Assembly: GCA_963758495.1 (NCBI GenBank)
Contig: CAVWVI010000003.1
Coordinates: forward strand, 1,312,001-1,376,000
Origin: Oligoflexia bacterium
Lineage (GTDB): Bacteria > Bdellovibrionota > UBA1018
Length of the DNA: 64,000 bases
Direction of reading: 5' to 3'
Shown: positions 16,338-26,552 of the stretch, one piece after another
Layout of the letters: the number at the start of each line of letters is the position of its first letter
Numbering within the stretch: position 1 is the first letter of the stretch
Notes under the pieces: model-generated
Told to the model about the DNA's origin: nothing
Seen by the model: only the letters and a program-made list of their open reading frames with translations
Database searches by the model: none
Position numbers and translations under genes: made by a program

Positions 16338-18842
16338 ATGAATAGCTTTAGGTTCCTTAGATCTCTGGCGAATGGCTTTTTTATTTTTTTCCTATGTACT
16401 CCTTCAGCATGGGCGAGCGTCGACGGAACCATCACGGGGAGCGTCACCGATTCCCAGGGTATAGCGATCGGCAACGCTCAAATAAAACTTTTCTCTGTTC
16501 AAGGCGCTCTTGTTAAAGAGGTAACGACTTCGACAACGGGAGAGTTTTTGATTTTTCCAGTTGTTTTTGGCGACTACCAAATCAAAGTGATGATGCCCGG
16601 ATTTGCACCCTTTCAAATCGATGTTCACGTCGCCTCGGGAGCAGCCACTCAATCGGATATTCAACTTTCGCCAGAAGCCTCAAATAAGGAAATGGTTCTA
16701 GAGGTCAAAGCGAAGCGGCGTGTGGTACAAACCACCTCCTCAAATAGTAGCCAAGAAGTCACTTCCAAAGAAATTGACACACTCCCTAGAGGAAGCAACA
16801 TCACCCTTCCCCATTTGCTAGCTGCGACTCTACCTGGTGTAATTGAAGGACCCTTTGGGCAAACCTTCATTAGGGGAAACCACGCCAATATTCAATATCA
16901 AATTGATGGCGTACAACTACCGGACTCGCAGACCAATGCTTTTGGGGATGCATTCACCCCTCGTAATATCGACCACATGGAAGTCATCACCGGCGGTGTC
17001 CCTGCAGAATACGGGAATCGCCTTGCCGCGGTGGTCAATATCGTTACAAAAACTGGCCCAGAAACGCCGACGGGTGAGGCAGAACTCAACTACGGTTCCT
17101 TCAACACTACGACTCCCTGGTTGGTCTATGGGGGATCAACCGCAGATGGATCACTTCATTACTTTTTGTCCGGGCAATACTCATCTACAGACCGCGGACT
17201 GGAAACCCCCGATCCAGCAAGTGATGGAGGGGCCTGTGGAATCAATTGCGCCAATCAAGGAAGTGGAGGAACGAACCCTGTTCACGACTCAAGCCAAGGA
17301 CACAATGAGTTCCTTAAACTAGACTGGATCGCCAACAACGACAACAAACTGACCTTCATTGCTTTTAATTCATACAAATTTTTCCAAACTCCCAATTATC
17401 CTTCGAATTTTCTTTATACTGATCCGTTCTTTCAATCTGGATTCACCGATCAGTTTGGAAATTCCAATGGACCAGGAGCGGCCCCTGTTTTCAATTGGAC
17501 TCCATCCACGACCAATGACTCACAGACTCAAGACGATGCCTATGTAGAACTGGTCTGGAAACGTACTTTGTCGGAACAATCGTTCTTGCAAACAGCGCTT
17601 TATTATAAATATTCGCTGGTCCAAGTGAGCAATGACCCGACCCATGATCTAGCAGCAGCGTCACTCATTCCCCTCGCCAACCCCTCTTCACTCTATGAAG
17701 ACCGGCATATTAACAACCTAGGATTGAAGGGTGATTTCACGGATCGTCTTGATGATAGAAATCTCTTAAAAGCCGGATACCAGCTTCAGAGCGCCTACGC
17801 CGTTGGCCCGGTCAACGTGACGAGCAGTACGAACACGAGCACGACATTCCCAGTCGATCCGGCATCGGTCTCATCCATTTCAAGCGCAGACAACTCGACT
17901 GCGCTCGGATTCACGGAGAGCCTCTACGTTCAGGACGACTTCAAGATTGCCAAACCACTGATCTTGAACGCCGGCATTCGTTTTGATGCAATCCAGTATC
18001 GGTTTTTAGGAACCAGCTTAGGAACCGTGACCGATTCAGAAAACCAGTTCCAACCACGAATCGGTCTCAATTACTTCATCGGAGAAACCACGAAGCTGCA
18101 TCTCTTTTATGGGAGGCTTTTCCAGCCCGCACCTTTGGAAAACCTGAGAGATACTTTTAACACCATCAACGGGGTCGCATCGAATTCGCTGAACTTCTAT
18201 GACATTAAAGCAGAAACGGATGATTTTTATGAAGCCGGAGTTGCCCAACAGATCGGAAATCAGGTTCTAGACCTGAACGTCTACTACAAGAACGCCACGA
18301 ATATGTTAGATGATACACAGCTTTTGAATACTTCACTCGCAGCGGCTTATAACTACGCTTCGGGATTCGCCACCGGTATTGAGCTTTCTATCAAGGGCAA
18401 AATAAATGACAACTGGAGTGACTATGCAAACTATGCTTATGAAATCGCACAAGGTGAGGGCGCAAGTGGGGGTTTGTTCGCTCTTCCACCCGGCACAGTG
18501 ATTCCGCAAGGATATCTATTTCTGGATCATGTCCAGGTTCACACAGCAAATGCTGGGATTACTTATTCCACCGATCATATTCGCTGGTCCACTCAGGGCC
18601 TGTTTGGCAGTGGCCTTCGCACTGGCCCGAATAATACACTCAGTTTACCATCGCACTTTTCGTTGGATAGTAGCATCGGATACAACTTCCATGGCGATAG
18701 CTGGCTCTCAAAAGCCAAACTCTCTTTTGACGTAGTTAATATCTTTAACAACGTCTATCCTCTCACGGTCGCCAACGGATTCAACGCATCCCATTACGCT
18801 GCCGGTCGGGAGTTCTTTGTTCGTTTGTCTAAGGAACTTTGA
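16338..18842 (+). CDS. TonB-dependent receptor with N-terminal carboxypeptidase-regulatory-like domain
   Basis: Signal peptide; GTITGSVTDSQG; plug motifs IRGNHANIQYQIDG and ITGGVPAEYG...VVNIVTK; barrel motifs LNAGIRFD, QPRIG, NIFN. Confidence 0.85.
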   Translation: MNSFRFLRSLANGFFIFFLCTPSAWASVDGTITGSVTDSQGIAIGNAQIKLFSVQGALVKEVTTSTTGEFLIFPVVFGDYQIKVMMPGFAPFQIDVHVASGAATQSDIQLSPEASNKEMVLEVKAKRRVVQTTSSNSSQEVTSKEIDTLPRGSNITLPHLLAATLPGVIEGPFGQTFIRGNHANIQYQIDGVQLPDSQTNAFGDAFTPRNIDHMEVITGGVPAEYGNRLAAVVNIVTKTGPETPTGEAELNYGSFNTTTPWLVYGGSTADGSLHYFLSGQYSSTDRGLETPDPASDGGACGINCANQGSGGTNPVHDSSQGHNEFLKLDWIANNDNKLTFIAFNSYKFFQTPNYPSNFLYTDPFFQSGFTDQFGNSNGPGAAPVFNWTPSTTNDSQTQDDAYVELVWKRTLSEQSFLQTALYYKYSLVQVSNDPTHDLAAASLIPLANPSSLYEDRHINNLGLKGDFTDRLDDRNLLKAGYQLQSAYAVGPVNVTSSTNTSTTFPVDPASVSSISSADNSTALGFTESLYVQDDFKIAKPLILNAGIRFDAIQYRFLGTSLGTVTDSENQFQPRIGLNYFIGETTKLHLFYGRLFQPAPLENLRDTFNTINGVASNSLNFYDIKAETDDFYEAGVAQQIGNQVLDLNVYYKNATNMLDDTQLLNTSLAAAYNYASGFATGIELSIKGKINDNWSDYANYAYEIAQGEGASGGLFALPPGTVIPQGYLFLDHVQVHTANAGITYSTDHIRWSTQGLFGSGLRTGPNNTLSLPSHFSLDSSIGYNFHGDSWLSKAKLSFDVVNIFNNVYPLTVANGFNASHYAAGREFFVRLSKEL

Positions 18843-18887
18843 AGAATACTCATTTAAATAAAGGGGGTCTGCCTAATCCTAGGCCTT

Positions 18888-18929
18888 AATGGGTAATCAC
18901 TTGATAAATGGGTAATAAATGGGTAACTT
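18888..18929 (+). promoter_or_regulatory. Putative fic promoter overlapped by three AATGGGTAA direct repeats
   Basis: Repeats at 18888, 18907 and 18918; TTGATA (18901-06), 17 nt, TAACTT (18924-29). Confidence 0.55.
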
Positions 18930-18935
18930 AAGTGC

Positions 18936-19976
18936 ATGCAGTCCTTTTATCCGAAATACGTTGACCAGATACTGTTTCATCCAAGTACGGCTTGGTATCT
19001 TTCTCAATGCGGCGAAGCATTAGGAATGCAAGAGCTTTGGAAAAAGGCCCGACCGGAAATCCTAAAGAGCTTGCGTGAATCAGCAATCGTGCAGAGCACT
19101 GAATCCTCGAATCGAATCGAAGGAGTAGAAGTAGAAAAATCACGCCTCATTCCTCTAATACTGGGAAACGCAAAGCCTCGAGATCGATCTGAAGAGGAAA
19201 TATCAGGCTATCGCAAGGCATTAACTTTCATTCATAGCAAACACTCAGAAATCGAAATCACTCCTTCGCTCATCCAAAAACTCCATGAATATGCGCAAGG
19301 AGGAATGATATCAGATGCAGGGCTATGGAAGTCACGGAACAACGAGATCATCGAGATATCACCTCAAGGTGATCGGAAAATTCGGCTTACACCTGTTTCT
19401 GCAATCGACACGCCTCAGGCAGTCGAACAGCTCTGCCTAGGATATAGAGAGGTCACCCAGAACTCAAAACTTCCTGTACTCATATCTGTTGCTAACTTCG
19501 TTTTTGACTTTCTCTGTATCCACCCGTTTCGTGATGGAAATGGAAGAGTTTCCCGTATTTTGACCTTACTACTCCTTTATCAAAACGGCTACGAGATAGG
19601 TAAATACATCAGTCTAGAGAAGCTCATTGAAGACAGCAAAAGCGACTATTACCGAGTTTTAGGAGAAAGCTCGCAGGGATGGCATACGCAAAGCCATAAC
19701 CTCTTACCTTGGTGGAATTACTTTCTCTCCATTCTAAAATCGGCCCATCAAGAACTCAAACAAAGAGTCGAACTTTCGACAGAAGGAGATAATAAGAGCA
19801 CTGTCCTTCGACAAACTATCCTTACCTTTCCTGCAGCTTTTAGCGTAGCAGAGATTCAAAATCTCCATCCCACCATAGGAAGAGAATTGATCAAAAAAGT
19901 ACTTTTTAAAATGCGAGATGAAAAGCGCATCTCCCCTGTTGGCAAAGGTCGGGCCGCGAAATGGAAAGTAATATGA
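18936..19976 (+). CDS. Fic family protein (class II-like) with probable C-terminal winged HTH
   Basis: HPFRDGNGRVSR catalytic motif, N-terminal SNRIEG inhibitory motif, C-terminal GKGRAAKW. Confidence 0.88.
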   Translation: MQSFYPKYVDQILFHPSTAWYLSQCGEALGMQELWKKARPEILKSLRESAIVQSTESSNRIEGVEVEKSRLIPLILGNAKPRDRSEEEISGYRKALTFIHSKHSEIEITPSLIQKLHEYAQGGMISDAGLWKSRNNEIIEISPQGDRKIRLTPVSAIDTPQAVEQLCLGYREVTQNSKLPVLISVANFVFDFLCIHPFRDGNGRVSRILTLLLLYQNGYEIGKYISLEKLIEDSKSDYYRVLGESSQGWHTQSHNLLPWWNYFLSILKSAHQELKQRVELSTEGDNKSTVLRQTILTFPAAFSVAEIQNLHPTIGRELIKKVLFKMRDEKRISPVGKGRAAKWKVI

Positions 19977-20015
19977 TCGATCAGCGATTAAAAGATCAAC
20001 AACCAGGAGAGTGAC

Positions 20016-20090
20016 GTCAACCACCCCGTCCTAAAAGGACGAGGCTTGCAGGAAACTAAAAGCCTAGGTTAACCAGAAGACTACTAGTTA
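20016..20090 (+). mobile_element. Truncated IS200/IS605 (IscB-type) end / HEARO omega-RNA 5' scaffold remnant
   Basis: GTCAACCACCCCGTCCTAAAAGGACGAGGCTTG...AAGCCTAGGTTAACCAG resembles the recalled GTCAAC-hairpin-GCTT...AAGC-GTTGACCAG scaffold; no iscB follows. Confidence 0.6.
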
Positions 20091-20113
20091 TCGCCCATGC
20101 TGGGCGCACAAAT

Positions 20114-20145
20114 AAAAATGCCGTTTATCTTGATGATAAACGGCA
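20114..20145 (-). terminator. Intrinsic terminator after tRNA-Gln
   Basis: TGCCGTTTATC/GATAAACGGCA 11-bp stem followed by T5 on the minus strand. Confidence 0.75.
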
Positions 20146-20159
20146 CTGATTCTAAGAAT

Positions 20160-20234
20160 TGGCTGGGGCGCTAGGATTCGAACCTAGGAATGGCGGAATC
20201 AAAATCCGCTAGCTTACCACTTGCCGACGCCCCA
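20160..20234 (-). tRNA. tRNA-Gln (UUG)
   Basis: Reverse complement TGGGGCGTCGGCAAGTGGTAAGCTAGCGGATTTTGATTCCGCCATTCCTAGGTTCGAATCCTAGCGCCCCAGCCA. Confidence 0.95.
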
Positions 20235-20330
20235 ATATATAATCATGCCTAACACAGAATGCGGAGAGCGGCAACGCAAGTCGTTAACAGAATGCACTTT
20301 AAAGCCACGCTCTACTCAAAAATAGAGCTA

Positions 20331-20651
20331 CTATACCTTATCAGGTTTGTCTACCACTGGTTGAGGCGCATGGACGACATGCTGGCCACCACTCCCCTTC
20401 TTGATTTCAGTCAGGTAAGCATCCAGAATGGTTTTCTCCATGGTTGCACGAGCTGCCTGATTAAGAGGATGAGCAATATCCTTAAAAGTCCCATCCTTAC
20501 GCCGTTTACTTGGCATCGCTACAAAAAGTCCCGCCGGACCACTAATGATCTTGAGATCACGCACGACGAAACAATTGTCCAACACGATGGTAATGTAGGC
20601 TTTTAGCTTTTCCTCTTCGACTAGAAAAACTTTCACCTCTGTAATATCCAT
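20331..20651 (-). CDS. spoVG: SpoVG family nucleic-acid-binding protein
   Basis: MDITEVKV...LKAYITIVLDNCFVVRDLKII...GLFVAMPSKR...FKDIAHPL. Confidence 0.92.
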   Translation of the reverse strand: MDITEVKVFLVEEEKLKAYITIVLDNCFVVRDLKIISGPAGLFVAMPSKRRKDGTFKDIAHPLNQAARATMEKTILDAYLTEIKKGSGGQHVVHAPQPVVDKPDKV

Positions 20652-20767
20652 GGCCTGTCCCTCCATGTTGTAGGCCTCAATGAAGTGTACTTTTCTATTG
20701 TAGAAGAGAGTGTCGAAGATATCAAATAAGGTTCTTTAATATATTTGCTATATTACCCTTTCGGCCA

Positions 20768-23356
20768 TTATTTCCGAGTAAACTGAAATTCTCCATTAGA
20801 AATATCTACGCTAATCACGTTCCCATTGAGATACTTTCCTGAAAGAATTTCAATAGCTAGAGGATTCTGAATGTCTCTTTGAAAGATTCGCTTCATAGGA
20901 CGGGCTCCATAATCCCGGTCATAGCCTCGTTCAGCGAGTAATTTGAGGGCTGCTGAACTCAATTCGAGCTTAAGGCCTCTCTCTTTTAGTGCCTTATTCA
21001 ATTTATCGACATATTGTTCAATAATTTTAAATAATTGGCCTGGTTCTAAGTGAGAAAAAATGACGATTTCATCAATTCTGTTCAAAAATTCAGGACGAAA
21101 GTGTTGCCTGACTAACGCCATCACTCCTTGATCTCGCAGTTCCACGTTTTTCTCTTCCAGGATGTAAGCACTTCCAATATTGGAGGTCATTATAATGATC
21201 GTATTCGTAAAATCGATGGTTCTGCCCTGCCCATCTGTTGCTCGTCCATCATCTAAAATTTGAAGAAAGATATTAAAGACATCTGGATGAGCTTTTTCGA
21301 TCTCATCCAATAAGATAACAGCATAGGGACGCCGCCGTATGGCTTCAGTCAACGCCCCTCCTTCTTCATAACCCACATACCCAGGAGGAGAACCAATCAT
21401 GCGTGCTACTGAGTGCTTTTCCATGTATTCGCTCATATCCAAACGAACCATGGCCTGCTCGTCGTCAAAGAGAAATTCTGCAAGAGCTTTTGCCGTTTCA
21501 GTCTTGCCCACCCCTGTAGGGCCTAAAAAGAGAAACGAACCCATGGGACGATGCTTTTCTTGTAAGCCCATTCTTGAGCGGCGTACCGCATGAGCCACTG
21601 CAGATAGGGCCTTTTCCTGGCCTATCACCCGTTTACCTAACCGGTCTTCCATTTGAAGCAACTTCTGTTGTTCGCCCTCTAACATTCTTGCCACAGGAAT
21701 TCCTGTCCACCTCGCAACCACTTCTGCGATATCGTTCTCTGTAACCTCTTGCCTTAAGAGAGTCGCCTTTTTTGGATCCGTTTCCTTTTTCGATAACTCC
21801 TCAAGTTCCTTCTGAAGCGCAGGCAATTGCCCATAACGGAGTTCTGCTGCTTTTTCTAAGTCGCCTCTTCTTTCTGCATTTTCAGAATCCAGTTTGATAC
21901 GCTCCAATTTTTCTTTAACCTCTTTGACCGCATTGACTTCTTTCTTTTCCTTTTCCCATTGCGTACGGAGCTGAACACTTCTCTTTTTCAACCCATCAAG
22001 CTCCTTCTCTAGATTGCCAAGACGATTCTGAGACGCCGAATCCTTTTCCTTTTTCAAAGCTTGTTTTTCAACTTCCAAGCGTAGAATTCGCCTCTCCAGT
22101 TGGTCCACCTCTTCGGGACGAGAATCAATTTCCATTCTGAGCTTTGATGCGGCTTCGTCCACTAGATCAATGGCCTTGTCTGGCAAAAATCGATCTGCAA
22201 TATATCGATGAGAAAGAGTGGCCGCCGCCACCAACGCTGAATCTCGAATGGATACACCATGATGAAGTTCATAACGCTCTGCCAACCCTCTCAAGATACT
22301 GACAGTATCCTCAACTGTAGGTTCTTTTACGTATACAGGCTGAAATCGCCTTTCAAGCGCCGCATCTTTTTCGATATGCTTTTTATATTCATCGAGTGTG
22401 GTAGCACCAATGCACTTGAGTTCTCCTCTTGCCAAAGCGGGCTTAAGCATATTAGAAGCATCCATAGCGCCTTCCGCCGCTCCAGCACCCACTAAGGTAT
22501 GAAGTTCATCAATAAATAAAATAATCTCTCCCGCTGACTCCGTAACTTCCTTTAAGACGGCTTTAAGGCGCTCCTCAAATTCACCCCGAAATTTAGCTCC
22601 CGCAATCAATGCACCGAGATCTAAAACTAAGAGATGTTTCTTTTTAAGGGTTTCAGGTACATCGCCATGGATAATTCTCTGAGCTAATCCTTCGGCAATG
22701 GCTGTTTTGCCGACACCCGGTTCGCCAATCAACACCGGATTATTTTTAGTTCGACGAGAAAGGACTTGAACCACTCGCCGAATTTCTTCATCGCGTCCAA
22801 TCACGGGATCTAATTTCTGTTTCTCAGCTAAGGCTGTTAAATCACGACAATACTTTTCTAATACTCGATATTTTCCTTCTGGTTCTGGATCTGTAATTTT
22901 TGCACCCCCCCTGACTTTACTTAGAGCTGCTAATAAGGACTCTTTTTTTAAGCCACTTTCTGTAAGAATTTTTCCCGCATCTGTCCCTTTAAGGCGCGGA
23001 GAGAGAAGCGCCAAAAGAAAATGCTCCCCCGAAACATATTCATCTCCTAATTTTTTCGCCTCATCCTCTGCCAATACAAGTACTTGATTTAATGCCGGAG
23101 AAGAGTACACATCTCCTGCCCCTCCCGTCACTTGAGGTATTCGCCTTAAATCTTCTTCCAGTCTCTTTTTTAAGGAAACGACATTTGCATTTGCCAATTG
23201 CAAGAGATTTGGAATATGAGAATCACCCTCTTTTTCAAGATTTATTAATGAGTAAAGAAGATGTGCAGGTTGTAAACTTTGATGCTCTCTACGGATTGCT
23301 TCCGCCTGAGCTTGTTGTAATGCTTCCTGTGCGCTATGAGTAAATTTTGTTGCCAT
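20768..23356 (-). CDS. clpB: ClpB disaggregase
   Basis: Two AAA modules ([16 protein letters not shown]), coiled-coil M domain, Clp N domain. Confidence 0.96.
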   Translation of the reverse strand: MATKFTHSAQEALQQAQAEAIRREHQSLQPAHLLYSLINLEKEGDSHIPNLLQLANANVVSLKKRLEEDLRRIPQVTGGAGDVYSSPALNQVLVLAEDEAKKLGDEYVSGEHFLLALLSPRLKGTDAGKILTESGLKKESLLAALSKVRGGAKITDPEPEGKYRVLEKYCRDLTALAEKQKLDPVIGRDEEIRRVVQVLSRRTKNNPVLIGEPGVGKTAIAEGLAQRIIHGDVPETLKKKHLLVLDLGALIAGAKFRGEFEERLKAVLKEVTESAGEIILFIDELHTLVGAGAAEGAMDASNMLKPALARGELKCIGATTLDEYKKHIEKDAALERRFQPVYVKEPTVEDTVSILRGLAERYELHHGVSIRDSALVAAATLSHRYIADRFLPDKAIDLVDEAASKLRMEIDSRPEEVDQLERRILRLEVEKQALKKEKDSASQNRLGNLEKELDGLKKRSVQLRTQWEKEKKEVNAVKEVKEKLERIKLDSENAERRGDLEKAAELRYGQLPALQKELEELSKKETDPKKATLLRQEVTENDIAEVVARWTGIPVARMLEGEQQKLLQMEDRLGKRVIGQEKALSAVAHAVRRSRMGLQEKHRPMGSFLFLGPTGVGKTETAKALAEFLFDDEQAMVRLDMSEYMEKHSVARMIGSPPGYVGYEEGGALTEAIRRRPYAVILLDEIEKAHPDVFNIFLQILDDGRATDGQGRTIDFTNTIIIMTSNIGSAYILEEKNVELRDQGVMALVRQHFRPEFLNRIDEIVIFSHLEPGQLFKIIEQYVDKLNKALKERGLKLELSSAALKLLAERGYDRDYGARPMKRIFQRDIQNPLAIEILSGKYLNGNVISVDISNGEFQFTRK

Positions 23357-23375
23357 AATGAATCTCCACACTCAA

Positions 23376-23402
23376 ATATGAGGATGGAAATGCCTTAGTC
23401 AA
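23376..23402 (-). promoter_or_regulatory. Possible heat-shock (sigma32-like) promoter of clpB
   Basis: TTGACT, 13 nt, CCTCATAT on the minus strand resembles TTGAAA-N13/14-CCCCATAT. Confidence 0.4.
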
Positions 23403-23441
23403 ACCGAAGTTTTTGACTCAGCCCTTAGCTTAAGCATCAAA

Positions 23442-24236
23442 ATGCCGCAGCCAAAATTTCCATATAAATTCTACTTTACTCAGCGTAAACTCATCTTGAT
23501 GATGTACAGAATTTGGACACTAGTTCGTTTCATTTACCTTGGAACTTGTGTATCAGCGCCATTTGTTCTTTTTGGATATTTTTCTTTTGGAATACCAGGG
23601 GCGGTGTTTGGTTTAGCAAGTGTCGTGATAGGTTTAACTACGATTGCCCTTAACTTGGAAAAAATCGTCTCAAGGGCACACCATGCCCATTCACTGATAC
23701 CCCCTGGGATCACGAGGTCACTTGAATTAGCTTCGCAGGGCCTCTGTAGTCAATTACCCATCATTCGAGTATTTGAGGACCCTACTCCAACCGCGCTTGT
23801 CGTTCGTTCTCTCGGAAAGCCTGGCACTCTCTTGTTAAGTCGAGGCTTGATCGTCCTGTTAAATGAGAAAGAGCTTCGCAATGTGATTCAAGTGGGTATT
23901 TTAAGACTTCAGACACCTGGAATCATTTTTTGTAGTTTTTGTTCCACCTTCTCCATGTGCCTATTAGCAATAGCACCGAAGCCTTGGGTTAAATTACTTT
24001 TTATGACCAAGAAGCCAACGTTGACTCAAGAAGGTCCCTTCAATCCTTTTTCAACACTCGTATTTTTGATCCTTTATCCAATAGCGCAGCTCCTTCAAAA
24101 ATGGGGAAGTGAAGCTTCAAAAAAAAGACCATTTGCTGCGGTGCAAAAACTTGAGCAAGCTATTTTATTTTGGGGCCACCGTCATAAGCCGGGCCTTTTT
24201 CCTTTATCCCTGATTGACCTCAACGGCTCACACTAA
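23442..24236 (+). CDS. HtpX/M48-like membrane protein lacking HExxH (start probably ~23500)
   Basis: Two N-terminal TMs; PIIRVFEDPTPTALV...LLLSRGLIVLLNEKEL follows the HtpX pattern but no zinc motif comes after it. Confidence 0.55.
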   Translation: MPQPKFPYKFYFTQRKLILMMYRIWTLVRFIYLGTCVSAPFVLFGYFSFGIPGAVFGLASVVIGLTTIALNLEKIVSRAHHAHSLIPPGITRSLELASQGLCSQLPIIRVFEDPTPTALVVRSLGKPGTLLLSRGLIVLLNEKELRNVIQVGILRLQTPGIIFCSFCSTFSMCLLAIAPKPWVKLLFMTKKPTLTQEGPFNPFSTLVFLILYPIAQLLQKWGSEASKKRPFAAVQKLEQAILFWGHRHKPGLFPLSLIDLNGSH

Positions 24237-24283
24237 CATAGGTCCTTGTTTATCTTTCTAGATAAAGGTAAATCTTACTTGCC

Positions 24284-24562
24284 ATGCCAAAAACTACTGA
24301 CCTTCCCAAAATGGATCTAACGACATTCTTTTTATCAATATCTTCCGCTGCGTACATGGGCCTAGGATTAGTGCCCTCTCCCAATCAAGATCAACCTCAA
24401 GTCGATCTTGAATTAGCGCGACAAAATATTGACCTCCTTGAACTCATCTATGAGAAAACACGAGGGAACCGAACTCCGGAAGAAGATCGTCTTATCGAGC
24501 AGCTTTTGTTTGAAACAAGAATGAAATATATTGAAAAACAGCGGGAGCTGGGCTCAAAGTAA
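24284..24562 (+). CDS. DUF1844 family protein
   Basis: F.LS.SSAA.MGLG...DLELARQNIDLL...EKTRGN.T.EE. Confidence 0.8.
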   Translation: MPKTTDLPKMDLTTFFLSISSAAYMGLGLVPSPNQDQPQVDLELARQNIDLLELIYEKTRGNRTPEEDRLIEQLLFETRMKYIEKQRELGSK

Positions 24563-24591
24563 TTTAATGTACGAAGGGTAAGGATTTAACC

Positions 24592-26127
24592 ATGTTCAAG
24601 AAAAGACCAACTCATTTAATATCATTTTTATTCATTCTATCCAGCGGACTTTTGGTAATCAATTTGATCCCATCAAAAGCCACCCAAAGCTCAGTAGCCT
24701 TGGGGGCACCTGCCATGAGTGGGGCGGTAGATGCAAATGTGTACGTCAATTTATCTAAAAAATTACTTCCATCCGTTGTCAATATCTCTACAGTTTCAAC
24801 TGTAAAAAGCCCGTTCGTGCAAGGTAGTCCTGACGATATTTTAAGAAAATTCTTCGGTGATTTCTTTCGACAATACAATTCTGGCGAACGTGACGGAGAA
24901 GATGATGATAGCCCACAACTTCCCCCTCAAGGAAGGGGACAACGATTTCCCAAAGCGATGGCGTTGGGAACTGGATTCATTATTGATTCCTCGGGATTGA
25001 TTCTGACTAATAATCACGTTGTTGCTAATGCTGACGAAATCAAGATCTCCTTTACTGAGTCACGAGATGAGAAACCATCCGATGCAGAAGTCGTGGGACG
25101 TGATCCGGAAATTGATATTGCATTAATTAAAGTGAAGGCAAAAAAAGATTTGATTCCAGTAGCGTTAGGCGATTCAGACAATCTAGAAGTAGGTGAATAT
25201 GTCATGGCTGTTGGAAATCCATTTGGTCAGGGACATTCTGTCACTCATGGAATTATTTCCGCGAAAGGAAGAATAGCTCCCGATTTTCCTTTGGCAACTT
25301 ACTTACAAACAGATGCACCCATTAATCCTGGAAACTCAGGTGGACCTCTCGTTAATTTGAAAGGTGAAGTCATCGGCATTAATAACGCTATTGACCAAAG
25401 AGCCCAGGGAATTGGTTTTGCAATTCCAATTAGCTTAGTAAAGAAAGTTCTACCCCAGCTTCGAACGAAAGGCATCGTCGCTCGTGGTTACATTGGAGTT
25501 CTTGTAGAGACCCTCACTCCAGAATTGGCTAAGAAAATTGGCATTCCAAATGAAATGGACGGACCCATTGTGAGTCATGTTTATCCGGGTGAACCCGCTG
25601 ATAAAGCAGGGTTAAAGCCTTATGACGTCATCTTAGAATTCAACGGAAAACCAGTCCATTCAGGAAATGATTTGATCGCTGGGGTCACGGGCGTAAATGT
25701 AGGCGATGCTGCACCCATTAAAATCTCCCGTAACGGAAAAGAGAAACTCCTGACTATCAAAGTGGGCCAAAGACCCGGAGCGCAGCAATTTGCTGAGAAA
25801 GTAGAAAGCAAAAAGAAAAACAAAACAGCTCGTATCGAAACTGGAATGAGCCTTGAAGATCTTACCCCTCAAGTAGCGCAAGAATTAGGGCTATCTAATA
25901 AAATGACGGGTGTTGTTGTGAGTAATATCTCCTATGGAGGCCCTGCCGATAAAGCTGGCCTAGCCCGAGGAGATCTCATCCTTGAAGCGGACCGTAAATC
26001 TATTAAAAATGTGGATAGTTTTTATAACATCGTAAAAGAACAAAAAAGCTATTTGCTTCGCGTACGACGAACGGATCCTCAAGGCAATGAACTTTTTTCC
26101 GTGATTGTGTTGGATCTGAAGAGCTAA
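24592..26127 (+). CDS. degP: DegP/HtrA (Do) serine protease with two PDZ domains
   Basis: LTNNHVV, DIAL and INPGNSGGPL catalytic triad motifs; two PDZ domains. Confidence 0.9.
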   Translation: MFKKRPTHLISFLFILSSGLLVINLIPSKATQSSVALGAPAMSGAVDANVYVNLSKKLLPSVVNISTVSTVKSPFVQGSPDDILRKFFGDFFRQYNSGERDGEDDDSPQLPPQGRGQRFPKAMALGTGFIIDSSGLILTNNHVVANADEIKISFTESRDEKPSDAEVVGRDPEIDIALIKVKAKKDLIPVALGDSDNLEVGEYVMAVGNPFGQGHSVTHGIISAKGRIAPDFPLATYLQTDAPINPGNSGGPLVNLKGEVIGINNAIDQRAQGIGFAIPISLVKKVLPQLRTKGIVARGYIGVLVETLTPELAKKIGIPNEMDGPIVSHVYPGEPADKAGLKPYDVILEFNGKPVHSGNDLIAGVTGVNVGDAAPIKISRNGKEKLLTIKVGQRPGAQQFAEKVESKKKNKTARIETGMSLEDLTPQVAQELGLSNKMTGVVVSNISYGGPADKAGLARGDLILEADRKSIKNVDSFYNIVKEQKSYLLRVRRTDPQGNELFSVIVLDLKS

Positions 26128-26153
26128 GTTGAATTGTGTGTAATTAAATTTGA

Positions 26154-26534
26154 ATGAAATGCTTCATTTTAGGCATATTTGCGTTTATAAGCGCTGCCCT
26201 TAACGGGGCAAGTACCTGGGCAGATTCTAACACCCCGCCCTGTACAATGCCCGTAGATGACAGTACGATTAGTATCAGAATTTTTGACAAATTAGCTCAT
26301 GATGAAAAACTGTTATCAATCCTGGGTCATCACGGTAGGTTAACGGGTATTTATGAAAAAACCTTCGGTTCCGAATATATTCTTACCCTAGGCGGTTTCT
26401 TAATTCTCGAAAATCAAAAATATCAAAATTGCCGAATCAATGCCAAAATAAAAATAATTTGGCCTCCTTGTACGATCGAAAATGAAGGTAAATTTGAGAT
26501 TATTGCTACTTTTGGGTTGCCGGAGTGCGCTTAG
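26154..26534 (+). CDS. Hypothetical secreted protein with four mature Cys
   Basis: Signal-peptide-like N-terminus. Confidence 0.5.
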   Translation: MKCFILGIFAFISAALNGASTWADSNTPPCTMPVDDSTISIRIFDKLAHDEKLLSILGHHGRLTGIYEKTFGSEYILTLGGFLILENQKYQNCRINAKIKIIWPPCTIENEGKFEIIATFGLPECA

Positions 26535-26552
26535 GTCAAAAAAGAGGAAAAT

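Noticed and set aside
20259..20606. 115-aa + strand ORF
   Set aside because: Antisense to spoVG with no recognisable motifs. The same applies to the many other short nested ORFs in the track.
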